From positions 179,115-243,114 of the forward strand of contig CAZXFD010000002.1 in the NCBI GenBank assembly GCA_964640635.1: a stretch of DNA of 64,000 bases, read 5' to 3'. The notes below the pieces were generated by a model. That model ran no database searches. It was not told the DNA's origin and was given only the letters and a program-made list of their open reading frames with translations. Below are positions 39,624 through 48,576 of the stretch, piece by piece; positions within the stretch are counted from its first letter, which is position 1; each line of letters begins with the position of its first letter. The DNA comes from an uncultured Gammaproteobacteria bacterium (GTDB lineage: Bacteria > Patescibacteriota > Patescibacteriia > UBA1558 > S5-K13). The position numbers and the translations under genes were made by a program.

Positions 39624-41039
39624 ATGGTTTTTAGTTCACTTATTTTCATTTTTGTATTCCTTCCAATATTTTTATTGGTCTATTATTTATTACCCCATAA
39701 ATGGCGCAATCTATTTATTGTAATTGGGGGTTATTTTTTTTACTCTTGGGGTGCACCAAAATTTGCACTTATTTTGTTCCTAACTATTGCAGTAGATTAT
39801 ATAATAAGTTTATATTTAGCCAAAATAAAATCTTCACAAAAAAAATATTTACTTGTTATATCTATATTAATGAACGTTGGGCTTCTAGCTTATTTTAAAT
39901 ATAGTAATTTTTTTATAGAGCAGGTGAATGGACTACTTATTTTTGCAAATTTTCCAGAGCTTCCATGGAAAGAAGTAATTTTGCCTATTGGTATTTCTTT
40001 TACTATATTTCAAGAGTTAAGTTATATTATAGAAGTTTACAAAGGCAAAATAAAACCAGCAGACACTCTTATTGATTTTGCAGCATACCTAATGCTATTT
40101 CCACATCTAATAGCTGGCCCTATAGTTCGCTATATTGATATTGCAAAGCAGCTAAAAACAAGAACTTATAATGCCAGCGGCTTCTATTATGGAATAAAAC
40201 GTTTTACACTCGGCCTATCAAAAAAAGTTTTGATTGCCAATCCAATGAGTTCCATAGCTAATGCAGCATTTCATTTAAACTCGGTTCGCGATCTAGCATC
40301 TCCACTAGCTTGGCTTGGAATATTATCATACTCATTACAAATTTATTTTGATTTTTCTGGATACTCTGATATGGCTATTGGGCTTGCAAAGATGCTTGGA
40401 TTTGATTTTAGAGAAAATTTCAATAGACCATATATTGCAAAGAATATTACCGACTTTTGGACTCGCTGGCATATTTCTCTTTCAACATGGATGAAGGAGT
40501 ATCTATATATACCACTTGGAGGAAATAGAATATCCACAGCAAGAACATATATCAATCTATGGATAGTTTTTGTAATCTCTGGATTATGGCATGGAGCAAA
40601 TTGGAACTTTATTTTATGGGGTGTTTTTCATGGAATTTTACTAGTCGCTGAACGCTCATTCTTACTAAAATATTTATCAAAAATACCTAAATTTATTCAA
40701 ATTGGATTTACTTTTTTCTTAATTAACCTATCTTGGGTATTGTTTAGAGAAGAAAATTTATCACTAGCAATGAAGTTTTACAGACGACTATTTACTTTGG
40801 GAGATTTTTTCAAACCCATTAATATTCGCATGGGTGAAATCATAAACACAAAACAAATAGCTATTTTTGTTATTGCAATGCTAATAATATTTATGCCTTG
40901 GAAAAAAATATTCCATAAAAATATATCTAACAAAAAAACCGAAATATTCTTAGGCGTATTTAATTTAGGATTATTTATTTTTGCAATCATGGAATTATTT
41001 AATTCTCAATTTAATCCATTTATTTACTTTAGATTCTAA
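39624..41039 (+). CDS. MBOAT-family membrane-bound O-acyltransferase (AlgI/DltB-like)
   Basis: Polytopic 471-aa protein with the conserved His in WTRWHISLSTWMKEYLYIPLGGNR, typical of AlgI/DltB. Confidence 0.8.
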   Translation: MVFSSLIFIFVFLPIFLLVYYLLPHKWRNLFIVIGGYFFYSWGAPKFALILFLTIAVDYIISLYLAKIKSSQKKYLLVISILMNVGLLAYFKYSNFFIEQVNGLLIFANFPELPWKEVILPIGISFTIFQELSYIIEVYKGKIKPADTLIDFAAYLMLFPHLIAGPIVRYIDIAKQLKTRTYNASGFYYGIKRFTLGLSKKVLIANPMSSIANAAFHLNSVRDLASPLAWLGILSYSLQIYFDFSGYSDMAIGLAKMLGFDFRENFNRPYIAKNITDFWTRWHISLSTWMKEYLYIPLGGNRISTARTYINLWIVFVISGLWHGANWNFILWGVFHGILLVAERSFLLKYLSKIPKFIQIGFTFFLINLSWVLFREENLSLAMKFYRRLFTLGDFFKPINIRMGEIINTKQIAIFVIAMLIIFMPWKKIFHKNISNKKTEIFLGVFNLGLFIFAIMELFNSQFNPFIYFRF

Positions 41040-41041
41040 AT

Positions 41042-42181
41042 ATGATTTTCAAAAAAATAATCATAACAATATTTATACTCATACTAAGTCTGCCACTAAT
41101 ACAGAGCATGTTTCATTTTATGCCAGAAACAAAACTAGGTGGAGAAATCCAAATAATAAACAAACCATATATTAATTTGACGAGTTGGCTAAGTGGAGAT
41201 ATACAAAAATATTTTGAAACCAAACTTGATCAAAGCCTTGGTCTAAAAGGATATTTTATAAAAACTGATAATCAAATAAACTACTTGCTTTTTGGACAAA
41301 TTTATCAAAAAACAGCAGCCCCATTAATCATAGGAAAACATCATTATATTTTTGAAAAAGGCTATATAGATTCATATATTGGAACTGAAAAAGTTGATTT
41401 GAATAAATTATCTGAACAAATTACACTCATGAAGAAAGTTCAGGATAAATTACAAAAGCAAAATAAAATATTTTTATTTGTTATTAGTCCTAGTAAAGCA
41501 AACTTTTTCAAAGAATACATCCCAAATAGTGCGCTAAAAGGAATTCATACTGAAGATTTAAATTATAATTATTTTGCATTAATTAGAGAATTAAAAAAAC
41601 AAAATATTAATTATTGGGACGGAAGTGAATTCTTTTTATCACAAAAATCCAAGTCTACTGCTCCTCTATTTTCAAAATCAGGAACTCATTGGAGTCTTTA
41701 TGGAGCTTGCCTAGCAACGAAAGAAATAATTAATCTCTTAGGAAGTCAACAAAATATAAATTATATTTCTCCACAATGCAACTCACTAGACTGGTCAAAC
41801 AAACCACTCGATCAAGATGCTGATTTATTAAATTTATCAAACATTTGGTTTAAATATCCTTTTGAAGAGAGACTTGCCTATCCTAAAACCGAAAAAATAT
41901 CTAATATCAACAACCTAAATATTTTATTAATAGGAGATAGTTTTTCCTGGAATTTCGTAAGACGGCTAGAGACCGGGCCATATGTAAACAACTACAATTT
42001 TGCTTATTATTTTAATACCTTGTATAGTTTCCCGGATAGAAAAAAAACTTCTGATATTAAACAAAGTAATGAACTATTAAATCTAATAGAATATAATAAT
42101 GCTGTAATAGTAGAGATAAATGAATCTGGAATTTCTGATATTGGTTGGGGATTTTTAAAGAGTGCGGATAAGGTTTTATAA
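41042..42181 (+). CDS. Probable MBOAT partner protein (AlgX/AlgJ/DltD-like SGNH-type O-acyltransferase/esterase)
   Basis: Starts 3 nt after the MBOAT gene. It has an N-terminal signal/anchor, a GTHWS motif and an LLIGDSFSWNF block resembling AlgJ/X-type proteins. Confidence 0.4.
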   Translation: MIFKKIIITIFILILSLPLIQSMFHFMPETKLGGEIQIINKPYINLTSWLSGDIQKYFETKLDQSLGLKGYFIKTDNQINYLLFGQIYQKTAAPLIIGKHHYIFEKGYIDSYIGTEKVDLNKLSEQITLMKKVQDKLQKQNKIFLFVISPSKANFFKEYIPNSALKGIHTEDLNYNYFALIRELKKQNINYWDGSEFFLSQKSKSTAPLFSKSGTHWSLYGACLATKEIINLLGSQQNINYISPQCNSLDWSNKPLDQDADLLNLSNIWFKYPFEERLAYPKTEKISNINNLNILLIGDSFSWNFVRRLETGPYVNNYNFAYYFNTLYSFPDRKKTSDIKQSNELLNLIEYNNAVIVEINESGISDIGWGFLKSADKVL

Positions 42182-42288
42182 ATAAAACACGAATCTCAAG
42201 AATAAAAAAATCCAGAATTAGTTCTGGATTTTTTTATTTAACTTCTAATTTCTAGTTTTTTATATCTTTGTTGTTAAAGTTTGACGAG

Positions 42289-42365
42289 TGGTGCACTCGG
42301 CAGGACTCAAACCTGCAACCCCTTGTTCCGAAGACAAGTGCTCTATTCAATTAAGCTACGAGTGC
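42289..42365 (-). tRNA. tRNA-Arg (anticodon UCG)
   Basis: Reverse complement GCACTCGTAGCTTAATTGAATAGAGCACTTGTCTTCGGAACAAGGGGTTGCAGGTTTGAGTCCTGCCGAGTGCACCA. Anticodon stem CTTGT/ACAAG, loop CT-TCG-GA, acceptor GCACTCG/CGAGTGC, encoded CCA. Confidence 0.8.
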
Positions 42366-42376
42366 GTAATAAATTT

Positions 42377-42943
42377 TTAATTATTTAATTCCTTTTCTAT
42401 TATAATCTGCACATCACTTACTGCTTGTGATAATTTTCCTTGAATATTTACAACCCTATAATCACAAATATCTGCAACTTTACTTTCTTCATCAACCTCC
42501 CTTAGTCTTCTTTCAACATCCTCTGGTGTAGAACCATCTCTTCCCTCTATCCTCTTTCTAAGATTTTCAAGTGAGTCTGGAACTACAAATATAGTAATTA
42601 AATTATCAACGACTTTAGATAAGTTTTCTACTCCTTGAGTATCGCAGACAAAAAGCGGAACATGCCCTGAATCAAAAATTCGTCTTACTTCTTTTTTTTC
42701 TGATCCATATAAATTTCCATATACATCTGCGGTTTCATAAAACTCATCTTTATTTCTCATTTCTTCCATTTCTTCTTTTGTATAGAAATAATAATCCTTT
42801 CCACTTTCTTCTCCTGGTCTAATACTCCTTGAGGTAGATGTAATAACTTTTTCTATTTTCGGATTTTTTTCTATAAGCTCATAAACAATCGTTGTTTTAC
42901 CAACTCCAGAAAACCCTGATATCAAAAACACTTTTTCTTTCAT
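42377..42943 (-). CDS. gmk: Guanylate kinase
   Basis: P-loop GFSGVGKTT, TSRSIRPGEESGKDYYF, 188 aa. Confidence 0.85.
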   Translation of the reverse strand: MKEKVFLISGFSGVGKTTIVYELIEKNPKIEKVITSTSRSIRPGEESGKDYYFYTKEEMEEMRNKDEFYETADVYGNLYGSEKKEVRRIFDSGHVPLFVCDTQGVENLSKVVDNLITIFVVPDSLENLRKRIEGRDGSTPEDVERRLREVDEESKVADICDYRVVNIQGKLSQAVSDVQIIIEKELNN

Positions 42944-42948
42944 AATAA

Positions 42949-43878
42949 TTATATCAAATTATCTATTATCCTTTTTAAATCGTTTGGGAGTTTTGATTTA
43001 AATTTCTTTCTAACACCGCTCAAATCTGAAAATTCTAAATAATATGAATGAAGAAATGTTCTAGAAAGATTAAATTTGTCCTTGTATTTTCTACTTCTAT
43101 ATAAATCATCTCCTATAATAGGGTGATCTATTGCATGCATATGTGCTCTTATTTGATGACTTCTCCCCGTCTTAATAAGCACGTCCAAAAATGTAAAATG
43201 ATTAAACTGTTGCTCTACAAAAAAATAAGTAAGGGCATCACGTTCTGCCTCACCCTTTGGCATAGCAACCATTTTCCCACTTCGCTTTGATCTGACAATA
43301 GGAAAATCTATTACCCCCTCATTTTTATCAAATATTCCATATACAAGGGCGTAATATCTTTTAACAATTTCTCTGTTTTGAAATTGACTCTTTAGGTGTT
43401 TAAACATTTTTGGATCTCTGGCCACCACCATAAGTCCCGAAACATTTTTATCTAATCTGTGAACAATTCCTGGTCTATATTTTTTCTCTTCTCCAATTTT
43501 TTTAATCTCTGGATATTTTTCTTTAAGAAAATCTACAAGCGAATATTCCTTTATATCTTTTGTCCCGTGGACTATGAGTCCTGCGGGCTTTTCAAGTACT
43601 ATATAATCATCACGCTCACTAATTATTTTTACCTTGTCTGCTAGACAAGCCTTGTCTATTTTTTCTTCTTTAATTTTTTTGACAACAAGACTCTTGATTT
43701 CTATTTTATCATTTTTTGAAAGCCAAGAATGTTTTATATTTACAACATCACCATTTACCTTAATGTTTCCATTTTCTATCAGACTCTGAATTTTTGAGCG
43801 TGACAAATCAGACAAATTTTCTACCAAAAATTTATCAAGCCTTGTCTTATTGTTTTCACATGTAAATAATTGTTTCAT
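42949..43878 (-). CDS. rluD: RluA-family 23S rRNA pseudouridine synthase (RluD-like) with an N-terminal S4 domain
   Basis: S4-like N-terminus (RLDKFLVENLSDLSRSKIQSLI), catalytic HRLDKNVSGLMVVAR motif, 309 aa. Confidence 0.75.
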   Translation of the reverse strand: MKQLFTCENNKTRLDKFLVENLSDLSRSKIQSLIENGNIKVNGDVVNIKHSWLSKNDKIEIKSLVVKKIKEEKIDKACLADKVKIISERDDYIVLEKPAGLIVHGTKDIKEYSLVDFLKEKYPEIKKIGEEKKYRPGIVHRLDKNVSGLMVVARDPKMFKHLKSQFQNREIVKRYYALVYGIFDKNEGVIDFPIVRSKRSGKMVAMPKGEAERDALTYFFVEQQFNHFTFLDVLIKTGRSHQIRAHMHAIDHPIIGDDLYRSRKYKDKFNLSRTFLHSYYLEFSDLSGVRKKFKSKLPNDLKRIIDNLI

Positions 43879-43917
43879 ATACTATAAACTACCATAATAA
43901 TAAGGTTTTAGCAATGT

Positions 43918-44700
43918 TTATTCCTTTGCAATATTCCACAAAACTTTAAAATAATTTTCAAAAGATTTTACAATCTCAACATTTTTTATTTCAAAAATAA
44001 TTGAATGAGTTGAATAAATAATAAGCTCAATTCTATCATTCCAAATTTGGATACCCACAGGAGAGTAAAACGACTCTGGTAAAAATTTAAACTTCTTTCT
44101 CTGCAATTGCGATTGATCTCTGTAATCTTTATCCATAAAATTGCTAATTTCATTTCTCTGATTTTCATAAGCTAAGAGTCGCTGATCTACATTTTTTTCT
44201 ATTCTAATTTTTTCATATTTATACAAAATTCCAGATTCTTTTGCTAAATCAATCCACTTTTGACTTCCAGCACCAATTATATAATTAACCGAATCTTTTT
44301 CTTGATTTTTTATATTTGTCATGTGAACTGTTTTAAATCCATCGAGCCCTTCATATACTCTTATATCAGAAATATTTTTGGAAGTATCTCTTTTTGAAAT
44401 AAGTTGGGGAAGCAATTTTTCTATTGTTTCTTCTTGAAGTCTGACATTTTCAAGTAATTGCTGAGGGTCTTTTGTCTGAAAATTCTTGCGTCCTGACTTT
44501 ACCACGGAGAAGACAAGCTCTTTTTCCTCGAGCTCTGCAAGAGTATTATAAACAGTCTGTCTTGGAAGCTTTGCTTTTGCAATTATCAGTCCTGCGCGAC
44601 TCTGTCCAAGCTCTAAAAGTGCCAAATATACCCTTGCTTGATTGCTAGAAAACCCTAATTTTATTAATTCTTGTTCCATATGTTCATTTGCCCGTCGCAT
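43918..44700 (-). CDS. TrmB-family transcriptional regulator
   Basis: N-terminal wHTH LGFSSNQARVYLALLELGQSRAGLIIAKAKLPRQTVYNTLAELEEKELV; 260 aa. A paralogue is at 59972..60730. Confidence 0.65.
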   Translation of the reverse strand: MRRANEHMEQELIKLGFSSNQARVYLALLELGQSRAGLIIAKAKLPRQTVYNTLAELEEKELVFSVVKSGRKNFQTKDPQQLLENVRLQEETIEKLLPQLISKRDTSKNISDIRVYEGLDGFKTVHMTNIKNQEKDSVNYIIGAGSQKWIDLAKESGILYKYEKIRIEKNVDQRLLAYENQRNEISNFMDKDYRDQSQLQRKKFKFLPESFYSPVGIQIWNDRIELIIYSTHSIIFEIKNVEIVKSFENYFKVLWNIAKE

Positions 44701-44892
44701 GACGGGATTGATTAATTGTCAAATATATTAGTCAATAATCATAAATATACCTTTATATAATCATTATATCATATATAAATATTGTAGTCAAACATAGTTG
44801 ACAATATACTGTATACATGATATATTTAACTATTACAACACAAAGAAAGCTATTTGACAACTTAATACCCTATTAATGGAAAGGAGGAAAAA

Positions 44893-45174
44893 ATGGAGCA
44901 AATGATTATCATTTCAATTCCAAAAGGTATCTTTGTTCTCATAGTGTTGGTTTTATTTTTTGTGGTTTTTTCAATTATTCCTGGTTTATTTATTGAATTA
45001 TGCGAAAGAGATTTACGTAGATTTTTAATCAGAAATAGAAAAAACGAAAAACTAATCACAAATATTGGAAATGCTGATGAAAAAGCATTAAAACTCATAA
45101 TATGCTTGCTGGAAGAATATGAGTTAACACCCCTGGGTCATATACGCTACAATTGGTGGAAACGAAAAAAATAA
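44893..45174 (+). CDS. Small membrane protein (93 aa), hypothetical
   Basis: Strong SD (ggaaaggaggaaaaaATG), one long hydrophobic helix, basic C-terminus. Confidence 0.4.
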   Translation: MEQMIIISIPKGIFVLIVLVLFFVVFSIIPGLFIELCERDLRRFLIRNRKNEKLITNIGNADEKALKLIICLLEEYELTPLGHIRYNWWKRKK

Positions 45175-45211
45175 TGAAAACAAAACTTGAAAAATCCTTA
45201 AGGAGGATAAA

Positions 45212-45826
45212 ATGTTAAGTGTAAAAAATCTGTTCTCAAAAAACAATCCAAAAATATCCGAAACACCTGAAAATAATAACTGCTCTATTAGTAGCAAAAA
45301 AATGTTAGAAAACTGGCGAGACAACTATGAATACACCAACAAGGAAGAATTCTTAATAGAATTGAATTTGACCTTAAAAAAAGAACTTGCAAGTGCCACA
45401 ACAATAGATCAAATTAAAGAACTATTAAAACCGTGGGAAAGCGATTACTTGCGAGCGATGAGAGAATTAGATGCAACTGGTGGATTTCATATGTATTGCA
45501 AAACTTCCGATTGGAAGATCTTTGTAGAGGATGTCTTTGAATCAATAAAGGTAGGTTTTGATAAATGGGACTTAATATCATCACATCAACTCAATAACCC
45601 TTGGGGCAGAACAAAAGAGATAATAATAAACTGTAGATTTGGAAGCGAATTATTTATGAAGATTCTTTACGATCTCGGTAGGTTTTTCTCTAAAAGTGAT
45701 TTCATAGAGGTTCAAAAATATATTATGAACTTCAAACATGGAATGCCCTACAGTTTGATAGAGTGTGAAGACGAAAGTGATTATTATCAAAAAGTTCTTT
45801 CCATAATAAACGAGATCGATAAATAG
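45212..45826 (+). CDS. Hypothetical protein (204 aa)
   Basis: Strong SD (cttaaggaggataaaATG). No recognised motif. Confidence 0.4.
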   Translation: MLSVKNLFSKNNPKISETPENNNCSISSKKMLENWRDNYEYTNKEEFLIELNLTLKKELASATTIDQIKELLKPWESDYLRAMRELDATGGFHMYCKTSDWKIFVEDVFESIKVGFDKWDLISSHQLNNPWGRTKEIIINCRFGSELFMKILYDLGRFFSKSDFIEVQKYIMNFKHGMPYSLIECEDESDYYQKVLSIINEIDK

Positions 45827-45877
45827 AAAACTAGTCCTCTAGGGAGAGCTAGCCAAAGTGCAGCGAATAAACACTGC

Positions 45878-45912
45878 GCAAAAACAGTTACAGCGTCGAG
45901 TCAAATAATTCG
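45878..45912 (+). terminator. Rho-independent terminator
   Basis: Stem agcgtcg/cggcgct with a 12-nt loop plus a T6 run. The same stem sequence recurs (reverse-complemented) in terminators at 57921..57950 and 58660..58750. Confidence 0.6.
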
Positions 45913-46000
45913 GCGCTTTTTTATTTTTTTAAGATTATTCCATAAATCTACCTTACCCCACCTTCGCCTTTTCACCTTCGCCATTTTTTCCAAGCTTCCT

Positions 46001-46078
46001 AGTCCTCTCCCACAAAACGGGATCCCGCAACAATTATAAAATATATGGGGGCGGGGCTAATTTCCTAATCCCCAACCT
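46001..46078 (+). repeat. GC-rich structured intergenic repeat (family member 2)
   Basis: About 93% identical to 37704..37779 over about 65 nt. It lies 136 nt upstream of galU. Confidence 0.75.
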
Positions 46079-46213
46079 CAAATTCGTGTATTATTATCCT
46101 ACTTACATTCGTATATTTGCATCAATATTTGCATAATTAGTATACATTAGTATATTGGCATTGTAGTCATTCGTATAGTATAATAAAAGCAGTTATAAAC
46201 TAAATTTTTATCT

Positions 46214-47089
46214 ATGCAAAAAATTCAAAAAGTTGTAATTCCTGCCGCTGGATATGGAACAAGATTTCTACCAGCTACAAAAGCTCAGCCAAAAGAAATG
46301 CTTCCAATAGTTGATAAACCAATTATTCAATATGTTGTAGAAGAAGCTGTCGCCTCTGGAATTCAAGATATTGTCATAGTAACTGGATATAGTAAACGTG
46401 CAATAGAAGATCATTTTGATTACAATCATGAGCTAATGCACATGCTCAAAAAGCAGGGTAAAGAAAAACTTCGTGAAGAAATAAAAAAAATTGCTGATTT
46501 GGCAAATTTTGTTTATATAAGACAAAAGGGTCCTTATGGAAATGGAACTCCAATCCTTAATGCAAAAAGCATTGTAGGAAATGAACCATTTGCAGTAATG
46601 TGGGGAGATGAATTTATTGATGCGCGCCCACACAGACTCAAACAAATGATGGACGTCTATGACAAATATGGAGGCATTGTAATTTCTGGTCTTAGAATAA
46701 AAGACAAAAAAAATCTAAAAAGATACGGCATAGCTGATATTAAACCTGTTGAAAAAAATATCTATGAAATCAAAAATATTATAGAAAAACCCGATCCAAA
46801 GGAGGCTCCGTCAAATCTAGCTCTTCTTGGTGCCTATATTTTGCCACCTGAAATCTTTGAGGCCTTTTCTCATATCAAGCCTGGTCAAGGTGGAGAAATT
46901 TGGCTCGTTGACGCAATAAATTATCTCAAGAAAAAAGGTGTTCCACTTTATGCCTGCGAAGTGCAGAACGGAAAATACTACGACTGTGGAAATAAACTTG
47001 AATACCTGAAAACAAATATTGAATTCGGACTAAAACATCCTGAAGTATCAAAAGATCTAAAAAAATATCTTAAAACTTTAAAATTTTAA
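46214..47089 (+). CDS. galU: UTP--glucose-1-phosphate uridylyltransferase
   Basis: KVVIPAAGYGTRFLPATKAQPKEMLPIVDKPIIQY nucleotidyltransferase signature; 291 aa. Confidence 0.85.
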   Translation: MQKIQKVVIPAAGYGTRFLPATKAQPKEMLPIVDKPIIQYVVEEAVASGIQDIVIVTGYSKRAIEDHFDYNHELMHMLKKQGKEKLREEIKKIADLANFVYIRQKGPYGNGTPILNAKSIVGNEPFAVMWGDEFIDARPHRLKQMMDVYDKYGGIVISGLRIKDKKNLKRYGIADIKPVEKNIYEIKNIIEKPDPKEAPSNLALLGAYILPPEIFEAFSHIKPGQGGEIWLVDAINYLKKKGVPLYACEVQNGKYYDCGNKLEYLKTNIEFGLKHPEVSKDLKKYLKTLKF

Positions 47090-47155
47090 TAATAAATTTG
47101 CGTTTGTAATAAGGCATTCTTTTGCCTTTTCACTTTCGCCTTTACAACTAAACTT

Positions 47156-48529
47156 ATGAATTTTAAAAAAATTGCTATTTTGCTTATTCTTACATTATTT
47201 ATAAGCTCTGGGGCTTCTTGTAGCAAAACTACTACTACCGACAAAAATCTTTTTAAACCCATTACTATAACTATTTGGGCTGTTTATGAAAATGAGGATA
47301 GCTTTGCACAGGTATTTCAAGAATTTAAAAAACAACATCCAACTGTAAATTTTAGTTTCCGCGTTTTTGAAGCAGAAGAATATGAAAATCAATTACTAAA
47401 TGCTTGGGCAGACAATCGTGGTCCAGATATTTATTTTCTTCCCAACTCCTCTATTGGAAAATACTATGCAAAAGGAAGAATTACCCCTCTACCAGAAAAA
47501 ATCAAGCTTCCATATAGACAAGCGACAACAAGGGGTGTGGGAATGTTTTCAAAAACAGAAATTAAAGACTTTGTAAAAGAACAAAAAACTATTACTCCCG
47601 CTCAAATAAAAGACGCTTACGCAACAGTTGCTTACAATGATATTGTTATAAACAACAAAATATATGGACTTCCTCTCAGCATAGAAACATTAGCAATGTT
47701 TTATAATAGAGATATTACAAATGGAGCAAATATTGCAACCCCCCCTGTCAATTGGAACGACTTTGTGGAAAATGTAAAACAAATAACGCTCCTTGATGAA
47801 AAAAAGGTCTTTATCCAAAATGGAACAGCAATGGGTTCTACAAAAAACATAGACAATGGCTCTGATATAGCACTGCTTCTTATAAATCAAAATGGCATAA
47901 ACACCCTAGAAAATAATTCTTTCAATCTTGGAAAAACTCAAGAAGAAGTGCAAAAAACGCTAGAAGCTATCAAGTTCTTTAACGATTTTTCTAATCCTAT
48001 AATGGAAGTACACTCATGGGACGACACCTCAAAACAAGATGCCTTTAGTGCATTTACGTCCAAAAAACTTGCATACTATTTTGGCTATCCACACAAAATA
48101 AAAGAAATACCAAAAACTCTAAACTACGGAATAGCTCCCGTTCCTCAGATAAACAAAACTGCTCCCGCAAATATTGCAGACTATTGGGTAATGACAGTTT
48201 CTCATCAAACCAAAAATATAGATATTGCTTGGGGCTTCATTGACTTTATAAACAAAGCAGAAAATGCTAAAATATATCTAAGTAAAAGTGGAAAACCAAG
48301 CTCACTTAGATCTCTTATAGATTATCAAAAAGAAAAACAACCTGAACTTACTCCATTCCTAGATCAAATACTTACAGCAAGATCTTGGTACAAAGGAACC
48401 AATCCAGAATTCGCACAAAAACAACTAAGTAGCTTTATAGAACAACTCAAAATAGCAAAAGATCAAAAACAACAAATAGAATTTCTCAATACAGCATTAA
48501 TACAAATCAATCAAGATAAAGTAAATTAA
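47156..48529 (+). CDS. Extracellular solute-binding protein family 1 (sugar-type ABC SBP), probable lipoprotein or anchored protein
   Basis: Signal peptide ending LFISSGASCSK, 457 aa with an SBP-like composition. No permease or ATPase genes adjacent. Confidence 0.5.
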   Translation: MNFKKIAILLILTLFISSGASCSKTTTTDKNLFKPITITIWAVYENEDSFAQVFQEFKKQHPTVNFSFRVFEAEEYENQLLNAWADNRGPDIYFLPNSSIGKYYAKGRITPLPEKIKLPYRQATTRGVGMFSKTEIKDFVKEQKTITPAQIKDAYATVAYNDIVINNKIYGLPLSIETLAMFYNRDITNGANIATPPVNWNDFVENVKQITLLDEKKVFIQNGTAMGSTKNIDNGSDIALLLINQNGINTLENNSFNLGKTQEEVQKTLEAIKFFNDFSNPIMEVHSWDDTSKQDAFSAFTSKKLAYYFGYPHKIKEIPKTLNYGIAPVPQINKTAPANIADYWVMTVSHQTKNIDIAWGFIDFINKAENAKIYLSKSGKPSSLRSLIDYQKEKQPELTPFLDQILTARSWYKGTNPEFAQKQLSSFIEQLKIAKDQKQQIEFLNTALIQINQDKVN

Positions 48530-48576
48530 CCCAAGTTAGCTACGAAGCTTTCGTAGCTACGAAGCTAACAACTCAA

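Noticed and set aside
44701-44892. Repeated TTGACAA/TTGTCAA motifs upstream of both TrmB paralogues as a dedicated operator
   Set aside because: TTGACA is the generic sigma70 -35 hexamer and is expected in AT-rich promoter regions. The apparent inverted pair GTCAA-N6-TTGAC could be an operator, but the evidence cannot be distinguished from ordinary promoter elements.
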